Below are positions 13,481 through 24,994 of a stretch of 64,000 bases of DNA, one piece after another. Both the position numbers and the translations under genes were made by a program. Numbering within the stretch: position 1 is the first letter of the stretch; each line of letters begins with the position of its first letter. Under the pieces are notes generated by a model. That model saw only the letters and a list, made by a program, of their open reading frames with translations, ran no database searches and was not told the origin of the DNA. This stretch comes from Rhizophagus irregularis (Eukaryota): assembly GCF_026210795.1 (NCBI RefSeq), contig NC_089430.1, forward strand, positions 5,084,001-5,148,000, given 5' to 3'.

Positions 13481-14710
13481 CCATATCGTTTTTCATCACT
13501 CCATATCGCTCCATATCGTTTTTCATCACTCCATATCGCTCCATATTGTTTTCCATCACTCCACATCGCTTCATATCATTTTTCATTACTCCACATCGCT
13601 CCATATCATTTTTCATCACTCCATATCGCTCCATATCGTTTTTCATCACTCCATATTGCTCCATATCATTTTTCATCACTCCATATTGCTCCATATCATT
13701 TTTCATCACTCCACATCGCTCCATATTGTTTTCCATCACTCCATATCGCTTCATATCATTTTTCATCACTCCATATCGCTCCATATCATTTTTCATCACT
13801 GCATATCGCTCCATATCATTTTTCATCACTCCACATCGCTCCATATTATTTTCCATCACTTCACATCGCTTCATATCATTTTTCATCACTCCACATCGCT
13901 CCATATCATTTTTCATTACTCCATATCGCTCCATATCATTTTTCATCACTCCATATTGCTCCATATCGTTTTTCATCACTCCATATCACTCCATATCATT
14001 TTTCATCACTCCATATCGCTCCATATCATTTTTCATCACTCCATATCGCTCCATATCATTTTTCATCACTCCATATCGCTCCATATCGTTTTTCATCACT
14101 CCATATCGCTCCATATCATTTTTTATCACTCCACATCGCTCCATATTGTTTTTCATCACTCCACACTGCTCCATATCATTTTTATCACTCCATATCGCTC
14201 CATATTGTTTTTCATCACTCCATATCGCTCCATATTGTTTTTCATCACTCTATATCGCTCCATATCATTTTTTATCACTCCACATCGCTCCATATTGTTT
14301 TTCATCACTCCACACTGCTCCATATCATTTTCATCACTTCGTTTTTCATTACTCCACATCACTCCATATCGTTTTTCATCACTCTATATCGCTCCATATC
14401 ATTTTTCATCACTCCACATCGCTCCATATCATTTTTTATCACTCCACATCGCTCCATATCGTTTTCATCAATCACTCCACATCGCTTCATAACATTTTTC
14501 ATTACTCCATATCACTCCATATCGTTTTTCATCATTCCATATTGCTCCACATCATTTTTCATCACTCCATATTACTCCATATCATTTTTCATCACTCCAT
14601 ATCGCTCCACATCATTTTTCATCACTCCATATTGCTCCATATCGTTTTTCATCACTCCATATCGCTCCATATCATTCCATATCGTTTTTTATCACTCCAT
14701 ATCGTTTTGC
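13481..14710. repeat. 30-bp minisatellite (CCATATCGCTCCATATCATTTTTCATCACT), roughly 40 copies
   Basis: Directly visible periodicity; produces the long low-complexity ORFs on both strands. Confidence 0.95.
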
Positions 14711-17517
14711 AACATTCCACTTCATTTTTTATCATCTCAATTCGCTTTATATTGTTTCATTTTGTTTTACATCATTTCATTTCTTTTCCATTTTGTTTTC
14801 ATCATCCCATTTCACTCCCATTTTATTTTTTCATTATCTCCTTCAATTCCATTTTATTTTCCATCGTTCCATTTTGTTTTACATCATTCCATTTCACTCC
14901 CATTTTGTTTTTTGTCATCCTATTTCATTTTTCATCATCTCTTCACTTCTATTTCATTTTCATCATCCTTTTACTCCAATTTCATTTTTCACATTGTCCT
15001 TTTAATTCACTTTCATTCACTTCATCCCTTTTTCACATATTCATTTCTTTTCCATCATAAAATTATTAATTGTTAACTGAATTATAAAGGATTATATCTT
15101 ATGCATTATTATAGGTTTTAAATTAATAAAAAACCTAAATTAAATGGTTAGTGAATGGGTGTAATGGTATATATAAGTAGGGTTTTGTATTATTTAAAGT
15201 GATAAAGAGTTTAACTTGCAGTGTAATTCTAGTATAAATAGCATAGTGAGTAGTACAAAGTTTGCATGAACGTTAAATGCATTTTTATTAATCCGGATTG
15301 ACATAAAATCTATGGCCCAATCGCCCAATCAGAATTTGTTATTGTAATCAGGCGATTGATCACATAATTTAAGTGTTTATATTTCGCACTGTGTTTATTT
15401 TTTTTTTCTTTCCGTCGTAAAAACCTTTTTCTTAAACTTTTTTATTATTTAAAACAAACTAAACAAACTCTTTACTTAGTTATTATGAAATAATATTATT
15501 AATATTTTTTTTTTATTTTTATACTTAGAAATAAACATAAAGGTATATTTTCATTATACTTGTTTTTTTCTTTTTATATATATATTTTCTATTGACGTTC
15601 TAATATTTTTTTCTTTTCTCCCACTAATGTTTTCTATTACTAACATTTTCTATTAATATTAAATACTACTAACGTTTTTATTAACGTTCTCCTATTAATA
15701 TTTTCTATTTTACTAACTTTTCTTTTTTACTACTAACATTTTACTAATATTTTCTATATTTACCACTAACGTTTTTATTAACATTTCCTTTTTTCTCTTA
15801 TTAATTAATACACTTACTAATATTTTCGCTAATATTTCTTTTAAATAATAAACAGATATAACAAAAGCAAGCAAAGAGGTAATTTTATTATCATTGCTAC
15901 TTTCAGTAGAACTTTACATATTACATAGTATAATTATGTTCAACTTTATTTGATTTTTACGTAACAGATAGTGTAAGATTTGTATTATTGCTTTTATATA
16001 AATAAATTTATAAATTTTAATAAAATTGAATTTCATTTAGCCCAAATTAAAATAAAAAAAAGAGATATAAATCTATTAGTTTTAATATGAAATTGTCAAA
16101 CGTATACAATAAAAATATATATTACCAATATTTTACATATTTTACTACCCGATATATGTGTGTTAAATGTATGATATCTATAATATATATCACTGATATT
16201 TTACTACCCGATATGTGTGTGTTAAATGTATGATATCTATAAGATATGTCAATGATATTTGACTACCCGATATGTGTAAGATGTGTATATGATGTTTACA
16301 TGATATGTCACCGTTTTTCTACATTTATACTACACATATCAGGTACCCGATATGTGTAGTATTGTTAAATATCATACACATATATTACATATATCATACA
16401 CATATCAGGTACCCGATATGTACCCAATAGCACCAATTTTGACCAGTGTCAGCGACTTGCTCAACTTCAGTAATATGACGAAGTGTGCCTGTTTTTGACC
16501 TTTTTTTACGTGGAAGAAATACATATTGTTGTTCCTCATACATATCATTATCAGAATATGTATCAATAGATATTGTCGTATCTTGTGGTTCTACTAACGA
16601 TATTGTCGTATCTTGTAGTTCTACTAACGGTATTGTCGTATCTTGTGGTTCTACTAACGATATTGTCGTATCTTGTAGTTCTTCTAACGATATTGTCAAA
16701 TCAATCAGTTCTACTAACTCTTGAGACGTTGGAGCCTTATCGGAATTTAATGGTTCTAAAGAATTCATTTGCTCGTGTCTCTCCTTTGTGCGCGGATCAA
16801 TCATTTTCCCATTACAATTGCTGCAATAGCACGGAACCTTCGATCTTGGTTTCTGGTCGTAAATTCGGCATAAGTTCGTTCAGAGGTTGAAGAACTCAGA
16901 TTATTATATTCGTCCAAGATATTAGCAGCAATGCATTTTCTTCTCCCTTTATTCATTTTTTGATAAAAGTCAGATATGATAAAGTTGTAATATGTTTTTA
17001 CGTTGAATAAAATTGTAATTATTAATATCAAATTTTTAGTGATGTCGAATTTTTAGTAATATTGTGATTTTTTATATTCCGTTTTTAAAGTGATATTGAT
17101 GGTATAATTAAAAAAACCATACGAAAATTGGATGAAATAGACAAAAAATTGAACGAAAATTGAATAAGTATAGGAATTTAAAAATAAAACATACGTATCA
17201 CCATACTATTTAATTTGATTTAACAGTTTCATTAATTGAAAGTCTAATTTGATGCGAAAGTTTAAGTCTGATTGATGAAAAAGTTTAAGTCTAATTTGAT
17301 CTGTTTAATTAATTGAAAGTCTAATTTGATGCGAAAGTTTAAGTGTAATTGATCGTTGATTGTTGAGAGTCTAATTTGATACAAATGTTTAAGTGTAATT
17401 GATCGTTGATTGTTGAGAGTCTAATTTGATAGTAAAAAATAGATATAAAAGGTGGACCAATTTCCTCGTCCGTACAAAAAATCTCTTTCTTTTTTTTTTG
17501 AAAAAAAAAAACCAATA

Positions 17518-19800
17518 ATGACTCATAAGAAACCATCAAAACCAAATACTCCTCCACCAAATATTGCTGAGTTGTCAACACCAGCACCACAAAATATTGC
17601 CACTTCGTCAACACCAACACCTCCAAATATTGCCACTTCAACACTGGACTTACGATCGTAAGCATCAGCATTACGAAATATTGCCATTTCGTCAACATCA
17701 ACACCACAAAATATTGCTTCTTCAACAGCAACACCTCCAAATATTGCCACTTCGTCTACACCAACACCTCCAAATATTGCCACTTCAACACCGGCATCAC
17801 GATCGTCAGCATCAGCATCATGAAATATTGCTTCTTCAACACCGGCATCATGATCGTCAACATCAGCATCACGAAATATTACCACTTCGTCAACACTAAC
17901 ACCACAAAATACTAATACTACAGTTTCTTCATCTCCCTTTAAACTCGTTATTCTGCCAGATATTTCAGCCTCAATAGGTCGAACTCAATCTCAATCTCAA
18001 CGAAATTTAACGGCTTCAGATATTATTAAAAAATATCCTAATATTAATGTACCAAAAAGTTATCGTTCACATCACGAAGAAGGAGCACCAAGAAGTGATC
18101 GACCAAGTAATGAAGAAGCGGGTAAATCGAATTTGTTATTTTTATATTTTGATATTTATTATATTACATCTGTTTGTTACATATCCTTATAATTTAAAAT
18201 AGGTAATTTTGAGTTAGGAAATTTAAAAAAAGAAACCCTTCGACTACAGAACGAATTAAAACAAGAAAAGTCCAAAGTAGCTGGAATGAAACGAAAAATA
18301 GATAATTTAGAAGACCATGTTCGTAGAATCGAGGAGGAGAACTCCATGTTACGGGATTTTAATGAAATTTTTAGTAACGAATCGAATGAATTATGTGAAG
18401 AAAATAAAGCTCTTCAAGAAGAACTTCAACAATCCAAACAACTTCACATACCTCGAAAGATTATTAATCCTCCGCAGCAATATTCACCAAAGCGTCCCAA
18501 TAAAAGATTAAAATCGAGAGAGGAATCTCCTGATGAAGTTGCCGCTACAGATGCAAGAGTAAGAATTTTACAAGACTATTTGCAGCCGAATTGTGTTAAT
18601 GTATATATACAGCTTTTATTATTTTATTATTTCCTCTTATTGTTTAGGCTGAAATGAAGAACCTCTTGAAAGGTCAAATACCCAAAGAATATCGGTTGGA
18701 TTATGGTAAGACTTTCAGTGAACAGACAGCAAAGATATACAAAAAATTGATACCTGAATTAAAGAAGTTGATGAGTGGACATTATAATCTGTCGGTAACC
18801 CAATTGTCAGACTGGTTACGATCGATGCACAAGCATAAAAGAGATAGACAACGGAAACAACAATCAGGCCAATTAGACAAAATAGATCAAAGAATGCACG
18901 TAAATGCGCGATTGTCCGAAGTGAGGAGTATTTTATTTTAATACACTTCTTTTTTTTTTAGTCATTTGAAATTAATCTTTATATATTCGACAGAAAAAAA
19001 ATAGACGAGTAAAGGCCGCAATAAAATTATACGAAAGAAATGATGCCAACATACAGGAATTCGATAAAGATGAATTATTACCAATGCTCCTACAGAATGA
19101 TTGTCATTCGATTGAGCAATCAGATTCCGAAAACGAATCAAGACAGAAATTGCCTAATAACAAGCGGTTCCTGCATGTATACGATCGGGAATGGCGTTCG
19201 AACAAGGTATTAAAGTGATTATTGCTATTAACCTATTTTAATATTTATTCGATATATAAAGTTTATCTTTGTTTTAAATAGTTAAAACACCTATTACGAA
19301 ACGTATTGGACCCTGAAGCAGAATATATTCAACACGCAAAAAAGCAAAGAGAGAGAATTTATGATGATGACATGTATTTTACGTCTAGTGAACCTCTCAA
19401 GAATACGCCCGAATGGGCACTCGATAAAGCGAAAATGTACGAAACTGATGAACCAACGAAACAAATAACGTTAGCGAATATGACGCGGCTGATGATGTGA
19501 TTGATGATTTGATTCAATCTTACGAAGATTGTGAGCCAATGGAGCTGAATTTAACGGAGCCATATTCAGATTTCTTGTTAAATTCAGCGGAAATGAATTC
19601 GATTAGACCCGAAGATTTGGATGAGATTGGTGAAAGTTCGACGACAGTAAGTTTAATTGTTTTTAATATTTTTACATCGCAAATATCGCTAATTAATTTT
19701 GTTTATATCATATTAGCAACAAAGAGCCGAAAGGAGTCAAAAAGGCAAAGAAAAAGCCACAAAAGAAGCAAAAGAAGACGAGGAAATTTATGAAATCTTT
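17518..19800 (+). pseudogene. Transposon accessory gene copy 1 (repeat-rich N-terminus, coiled coil, conserved helical domain)
   Basis: Predicted exons 17518-18121, 18203-18558, 18648-18920, 18994-19206, 19282 onward, with GT-AG junctions. Homologous to 35550-38095 (AEMK, KLIPEL, WL..MHK, VYD..WRS, LLRNVLD, RERIYDD). Stops at 17659, 17821, 17851. Confidence 0.75.
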
Positions 19801-20511
19801 GAAGCCGACAAATATAATTAGTATATTTTATATTTCTTTTTTTTGGTTGGTTTATTGGGTTTATTTTTTATTATATGGTATTATTAGTATATTTTATATT
19901 TCTTTTTTTGGCTTAATATGGTTGGTTTATTGGGGTTTATATATTATTATGTACATGGGTTGATTTATATAATTATATTACTATACGTCAATATATATAA
20001 AATATAAAATAAACGGGTTTTATTTGCTTATACTATGCTTTATTATTCGTCCTTGAAAACTCTATTTATCAATAATATTCGGGTTACATATAGTAGTCGA
20101 ATATGGTTTTTTTTTAGGGTCGAACAAATATGTAATAACGTCCTAATATAGGTCTAATTTTAGCCGAATATCCTTTCCGAATTTGAGTCTAATTTTAGCT
20201 GAATATCCTTTCCGAATTTGAGATGATTGGCACCCTAAATGCGCCCGAAAATTCGACCTTAATTTGACACAGGTTAGATTGTCATTTGACCTATATTCGA
20301 CCTGGTCAAATTTAGGTCGAATTGTCCTATTTCGACCAGTGATCGGGTACTTATATATATAGTATACCTATCAGGTACCTGATATATGTATGATATATAT
20401 ATTAGTACCCGATATGTGTATGATATGTGTATTATTTGTGTATGATTTTCTACATTTTGAGTACCCAATATGTGTAAGATATGTGTAGGATAAATCATTT
20501 TTTTACCAGTG

Positions 20512-20708
20512 CTCTTTTCCTCTTTTTCTTTGTAGCTCACCTTCTCAAGTCGTTCATTGTCACCCACTTCCTCTTGTTTATGTTCTACTTCTTCAGCAAT
20601 TTCTCTAAGAACTTTATCAATTATATCATCGTGAGTTTTCACATGATTTTGTAGAGAAGCACGACGACTGAAGACTCTTTCACAATGTGGGCACGAGTAT
20701 ATAGCCAT
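20512..20708 (-). pseudogene. 5' end of the Plavaka transposase gene, with N-terminal C2H2 zinc finger
   Basis: MAIYSCPHCERVFSRRASLQNHVKTH is a canonical C2H2 finger. Removing 7677-20511 and one TSD gives ...KEKEEKRGSTNNDEVQEEVSYEEE... in frame with 7673 downward. Confidence 0.85.
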
Positions 20709-22079
20709 TTTTTGAAATTGATTTATGGTGAATAAGTTTTTTATTTGACGCTAGCAAAGTAGGTTAATTTATATAAAAACATTAAGGTTTTTTACATGTT
20801 GATTTATTATATTAACTTGTTTAACAATAAATTGACTATGTGCTTTAATAATATTAACAATATTTAACAATACAGTATTGCTTGACGTATTGCATGGTTT
20901 ACACAATGTTAACAGTTAGTGATACTGATTACAATCAATCAAGAAATACATACATTAAATTAATCAATCATCGTGTCATTTAAATATTTAGGTAAGAATA
21001 TCAAATGATACCATCAGTTAACTGCGTAATGATACTGATGAAAATATTCACATTTAAGGTGTCAACAAACACAACAAACATCATAGAAATTAACGCATAA
21101 TTATTATTATTAGTACTTTTATGACGAATAAAATAAAGGATTAATTAATACAGTAAACTGGAATGTCCAAAAGCAAAACCGAGCATTGGATGAAGGTAAT
21201 TATATTTTGTTAGAAATTTCACTTGTTAAAATTTACATCCTCAATATTTACAATTTCCTGTTAAAATTTTCTCTCTTCTTCAGATTTAATCTCTTTCTTC
21301 TCTTTATTGCTCACCTCTACTAGTGCTCCGAAAAAAATCTGATCTGATCTGGGATCTGCAGATTTGATCCTAGCCAGATCGGTTCAGTTTTCAAAATTTT
21401 GATCCGTAGATCAGATCGGATTTAAAAAAAATTTGATCCGATCAGATTCAGATCAGATCAGATCAAACACGAGAAAATCTGATCCGATCTGAACAGATTT
21501 CAGATCAGATTTTTTTTTTAAAACCCTTTCCTGGACGAACGGACGCCGGATGACCAAGATTTAAAAGAATGAACTAGGTAAGTTCGTTTCTTTTTTTTGT
21601 TATTTTTACTTGAGGGAACTTAATTAATGGTTCCCTTCTTTTTATTAGGAAGCCTGGATGAACGAAGCCTAACGACCAGGATTTAAAAAAAAAGAACGAA
21701 CCTATGGTGAGTTCGTTCTTTTTTTTAAGGTTTTTTTTTATTTTTTATTTAAGGGAACGTAATTAACGTTCCCTTTCTTTTTTTTAGGAAACCTGGACGT
21801 GGACAAAGTCATTAACGACCAGAATTTAAAAAACGAACGAACTATGGTAAGTTCGTTTCTTTTTTTAAGTTTTTTTTTTTATTTTTACTTAAGGGAACAT
21901 AATTAACGTTCCCTTTCTTTTTTTTTAGGAAACCTGGACGTGGACGAAACCATTAACGACCAGGATTTAAAAAAGAACGAACTATGGTAAGTTCATTTCT
22001 TTTTTTAAGTTTTTTTTTTTATTTTTACTTAAGGGAACGTAATTAATGTTCCCTTTTTTTTTTTAGGAAACCTGGACGT

Positions 22080-23460
22080 TGTCACCCCCGTCTGCCACCC
22101 GGCGGTAAACAAAACTTCCATGCTTTAACGTATATTCATTCTTCACGAAACATTAATATTCTTGCTTGGTTTAGTTTTATTACTACTTAACTTTCAAATT
22201 GCGATAGCTCTCGCCACGATATTTCATCCTTTCTCTTTCAAATTTACGATAGTTCTCTTTACGAAAGTTTATATTTTATTCATTTCATAATTCTTGTTAT
22301 GACATTAAATTCACCATGAATTTGTCCAATTAAAATTAATTAAGCGAACATTACAATAAAGTTTAGGGCGAACCTATTACCTTTAAAATAACATTACGCT
22401 TTACTAACAATTAATTAAACAAAATTACTTTTTCATCATAAGAAAATAGTAACAAAAACAATCGAAACAATTAATTTTCATATAAAGGGTATTTTATTTA
22501 TTCTTCATAAAATTCACAATTAACTAATTTACTTAAAGTTTTACATCATATCTGACGACTGTGGAATTCACCTCCCATTCCGCTCCTATTTAAACCAACT
22601 TTCTTATTCTTTCTTTTCTTACTTCTTATTTCTTTCTAATATTTTATGTTATGTGTTCCCTTTTATGCGCTATCTTATATGCTATTTATATATTATCTTT
22701 TCTAATATGTTATACTATTTTAATACGCTATCTTTTCTTCAAAATAATCTTTCAAATATTATGTCGTAAAGATATAATCCATCTTTTGTGGCTGTGCTAT
22801 CTTTTCTTTAAAATAAAATAATCTTTCAAATATTATATCGTAAAGATCCATCTTTTGTGGCTGTGCTATCTTTTCTTTAAAATAAGATAATCTTTCAAAT
22901 ATTATATCGTAAAGATCCATCTTTTGTGGCTGTGCTATCTTTTCTTCAAAATAAAATAATCTTTCAAATATTATATCGTAAAGATCCATCTTTTGTGGCT
23001 GTGCTATCTTTTCTTCAAAATAAAATAATCTTTCAAATATTATATCGTAAAGATCCATCTTTTGTGGCTGTGCTATCTTTTCTACTGCGTCTCGTCAGCT
23101 ATTCTTCTACTGCGGCTGCAGTTCATCAATATTTTACATGTTTTTATTTTTTTGTTCCCTTAATTCGCTATCCTTCCTTTTTATATGATTTATCATTTGT
23201 GGCTTATGATTACTCCTCCTAATTGTTCTTATTGTTGAACTTGATAAACTGGTTGCTAAGCCACATCGATCAACTCCCTACTTGATCTATTGGTTCTCCG
23301 TTAATTATTTAATAAACATTACATCGTGTAGATCATTCCTTCTCCTAAAAGTTTATCCTTTCCGGTTAATTTTATCCAATCATGTGACTTTCTATTGTTT
23401 GATCTTTTATTCCATATTATTCCTCCATATTATGCGATTACTTCAGTATCTATGGCTACA
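22080..23460. mobile_element. Probable solo LTR (1381 bp), TG...CA with 4-bp TSD
   Basis: Begins TGTCACC, ends GGCTACA, flanked by ACGT on both sides. Removal restores the CCTGGACGTGGACGAA exon seen in neighbouring units. A Ginger-type origin is not excluded. Confidence 0.75.
22728..23082. repeat. ~69-bp tandem repeat, about 5 copies, inside the putative LTR
   Basis: Repeated GCTATCTTTTCTT...AATCTTTCAAATATTATATCGTAAAGATCCATCTTTTGTGGCTGT. Confidence 0.9.
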
Positions 23461-24859
23461 ACGTGGACGAAGCCATTAATGACCAGGATTTAAAAAAAGA
23501 ACGAACTATGGTAAGTTCGTTTCTTTTTTTAAGTTTTTTTTTTATTTTTACTTAAGGGAACGTAATTAACGTTCCCTTTCTTTTTTTTTAGGAAACCTGG
23601 ACGAACGAAGTCATTAAGACGTTAATGACCAGGATTTAAAAAAAAAGAACGAACTATGGTAAGTTCGTTTCTTTTTTTTAGGTTTTTTTTATTTTTACTT
23701 AAGGGAACGTAATTAACGTTCCCTTTCTTTTATTTTTAGGAAACCTGGACGCGAGACGAAGCTGAACGACCAGGATTTAAAAGAACGAACTATGGTAAGT
23801 TCATTTTTTTATTTTTATTTTTATTTTTTACTTTAAGGAACGTAATTAACGTTCCCTTTCCTTTTTTAGTACAAGGACCAGATCCGAACCAGATTCAGAT
23901 CAGATTCAAATCAGATTCAAATGGATCTGAACCAGATTCGGATCAAATTGAACCAGATCTGATCAGATTCGGATCAGATCAGATCTATTAAAATAAAAAT
24001 CAGATCGGATCAGATTTAAGCTAAATCTGGTCTGAACCGATCTGTTAGGAGCACTAACCTCGACTAGTTGTTCTGTTCATCGTTTAATGCTTTCATTTCT
24101 AGCTGTCCATAGTTACTCATCATGTCTACTTCATCAGCAGAAATTCAATTTGAAACATCACATGATTTCGTAAGGATGAACAACAATTAATACTTTTTGC
24201 AATGTGATGAATAACAACTAATACTTTTTTGCAATGTAGGTGTTGAAATTCAAAGTGAAGAAATGAATCAGATTTGTCGTTGCAACACGTGACATGACTA
24301 ATACTTTTTTGTGATGTGGGCATTAAAATTTGAATGAATCGTTGTAATACGTAATATTGTGCCACAATTTAGTCTTAAAGTAACATCTAGTTAAGTAATT
24401 ACATTAATTATGTTTGTTACAAGTTACACTGGACACTAAGTAAGTATACTAATCATTAGTATACTTGAGTATACTTACGTATAGATAAATCAAGTAGATC
24501 ATCACACATAAGAGTTAAAAAATGATTACTTTTTTTTTCTCACATTCTAATATTTTTTTTTTCTCATTCTCACATTCTAATAATCAATTAATTCTCTCTT
24601 GTCAGTCATCTTTTTATCAATGGATAATGACAACAACAAAAATAATAATAATAAAACCAGTGGCAAACGCTCTTTAGATTTTAATAATTTAAAATGCCAA
24701 AACCTACTACTAGATCTAGTACTAGGTCTTAAAGATGTTAGCCTTAATTATTTTTTAAAAAATTTTGAATTACGGCTATAAGATTTTTATAGCCTTAATT
24801 AATTACGGCATATAAAAATTTTGTATTACGACACTTTTTTGAATTACGGCTAACATCTT

Positions 24860-24986
24860 TACTAGGTCTACTAGATCTACTAGATTGTCAATGAGTAGAT
24901 CTAGTACTAGGTCTACTAGATCTACTAGATTGTCAATGAGTAGATCTAGTACTAGGTCTACTAGATCTACTAGATCGTCAATGAGT
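24860..24986. repeat. 45-bp tandem repeat rich in CTAG/GATC palindromes
   Basis: ACTAGGTCTACTAGATCTACTAGATTGTCAATGAGTAGATCTAGT repeated about 3 times. Confidence 0.85.
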
Positions 24987-24994
24987 ATAAATAT

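Larger units (their letters stand above)
10934..16448. mobile_element. Non-autonomous CACTG-type element, 5.5 kb
   Basis: CACTGGTCAAAAT at 10934 and ATTTTGACCAGTG ending 16448; TSD TCA (10931-10933, 16449-16451); many ATATCGGGTAC/TACCCGATAT subterminal motifs; no transposase ORF. Confidence 0.9.
8230..16956 (-). pseudogene. En/Spm (Tnp2/Transposase_21-like) transposase, frameshifted and interrupted by the 10934-16448 insertion
   Basis: Motifs DIYDGQIW, NLDWFHPY, GPNE, CDIPGARK, DPMHCLFLG, YGPLYSFWCFSF; colinear with 34535-31280. Predicted intron 9087-9009. Frameshifts near 9800 and ~16870. Removing the insert and one TSD restores ...EQVAESTEYDTDD... in frame. Confidence 0.88.
7789..20341. 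mobile_element. CACTA/En-Spm-like DNA transposon, two divergent genes, inactivated
   Basis: CACTAGTCGAAATAGGA at 7789 and TCCTATTTCGACCAGTG ending 20341; 3-bp TSD ATC (7786-7788, 20342-20344); contains a transposase and an accessory gene. Confidence 0.9.
7677..20511. mobile_element. CACTG-type MITE (~280 bp of own sequence: 7677-7788 plus 20345-20511), split by a nested element
   Basis: CACTGGTAAAAAAATG at 7677 and CATTTTTTTACCAGTG ending 20511; about 100 bp inverted repeats; 3-bp TSD CTC (7674-7676, 20512-20514). Confidence 0.9.
21530..23870 (+). repeat. Seven tandem ~130-145 bp micro-exon/intron units (split by the 22080-23460 insertion)
   Basis: Unit: GAAACCTGGACG...GAACGAACTATG|GTAAGTTCGTT...AAGGGAACGTAATTAACGTTCCCTT...TTTTAG. 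Donors near 21578, 21707, 21847, 21986, 23511, 23659, 23794. Confidence 0.85.
21321..24056. mobile_element. Non-autonomous hAT-like element
   Basis: TAGTGCTCC at 21321 and GGAGCACTA ending 24056; 8-bp TSD ACCTCTAC/ACCTCGAC (one mismatch); dense CAGATC/GATCTG subterminal repeats at both ends. Confidence 0.88.

Noticed and set aside
13238..15076. 612-, 504- and 358-aa ORFs and their antisense ORFs
   Set aside because: Products of a stop-free 30-bp minisatellite and T-rich flanks; several frames are open at once.
22759..23222. Repetitive ORFs MDLYDIIFERLFYFEEKIAQPQK and antisense
   Set aside because: Translations of the 69-bp tandem repeat inside the putative LTR.
21530..23870. Palindromic repeats resembling a CRISPR array
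   Set aside because: Intervening sequences are near-identical rather than unique spacers, there are no cas genes, and the context is eukaryotic.
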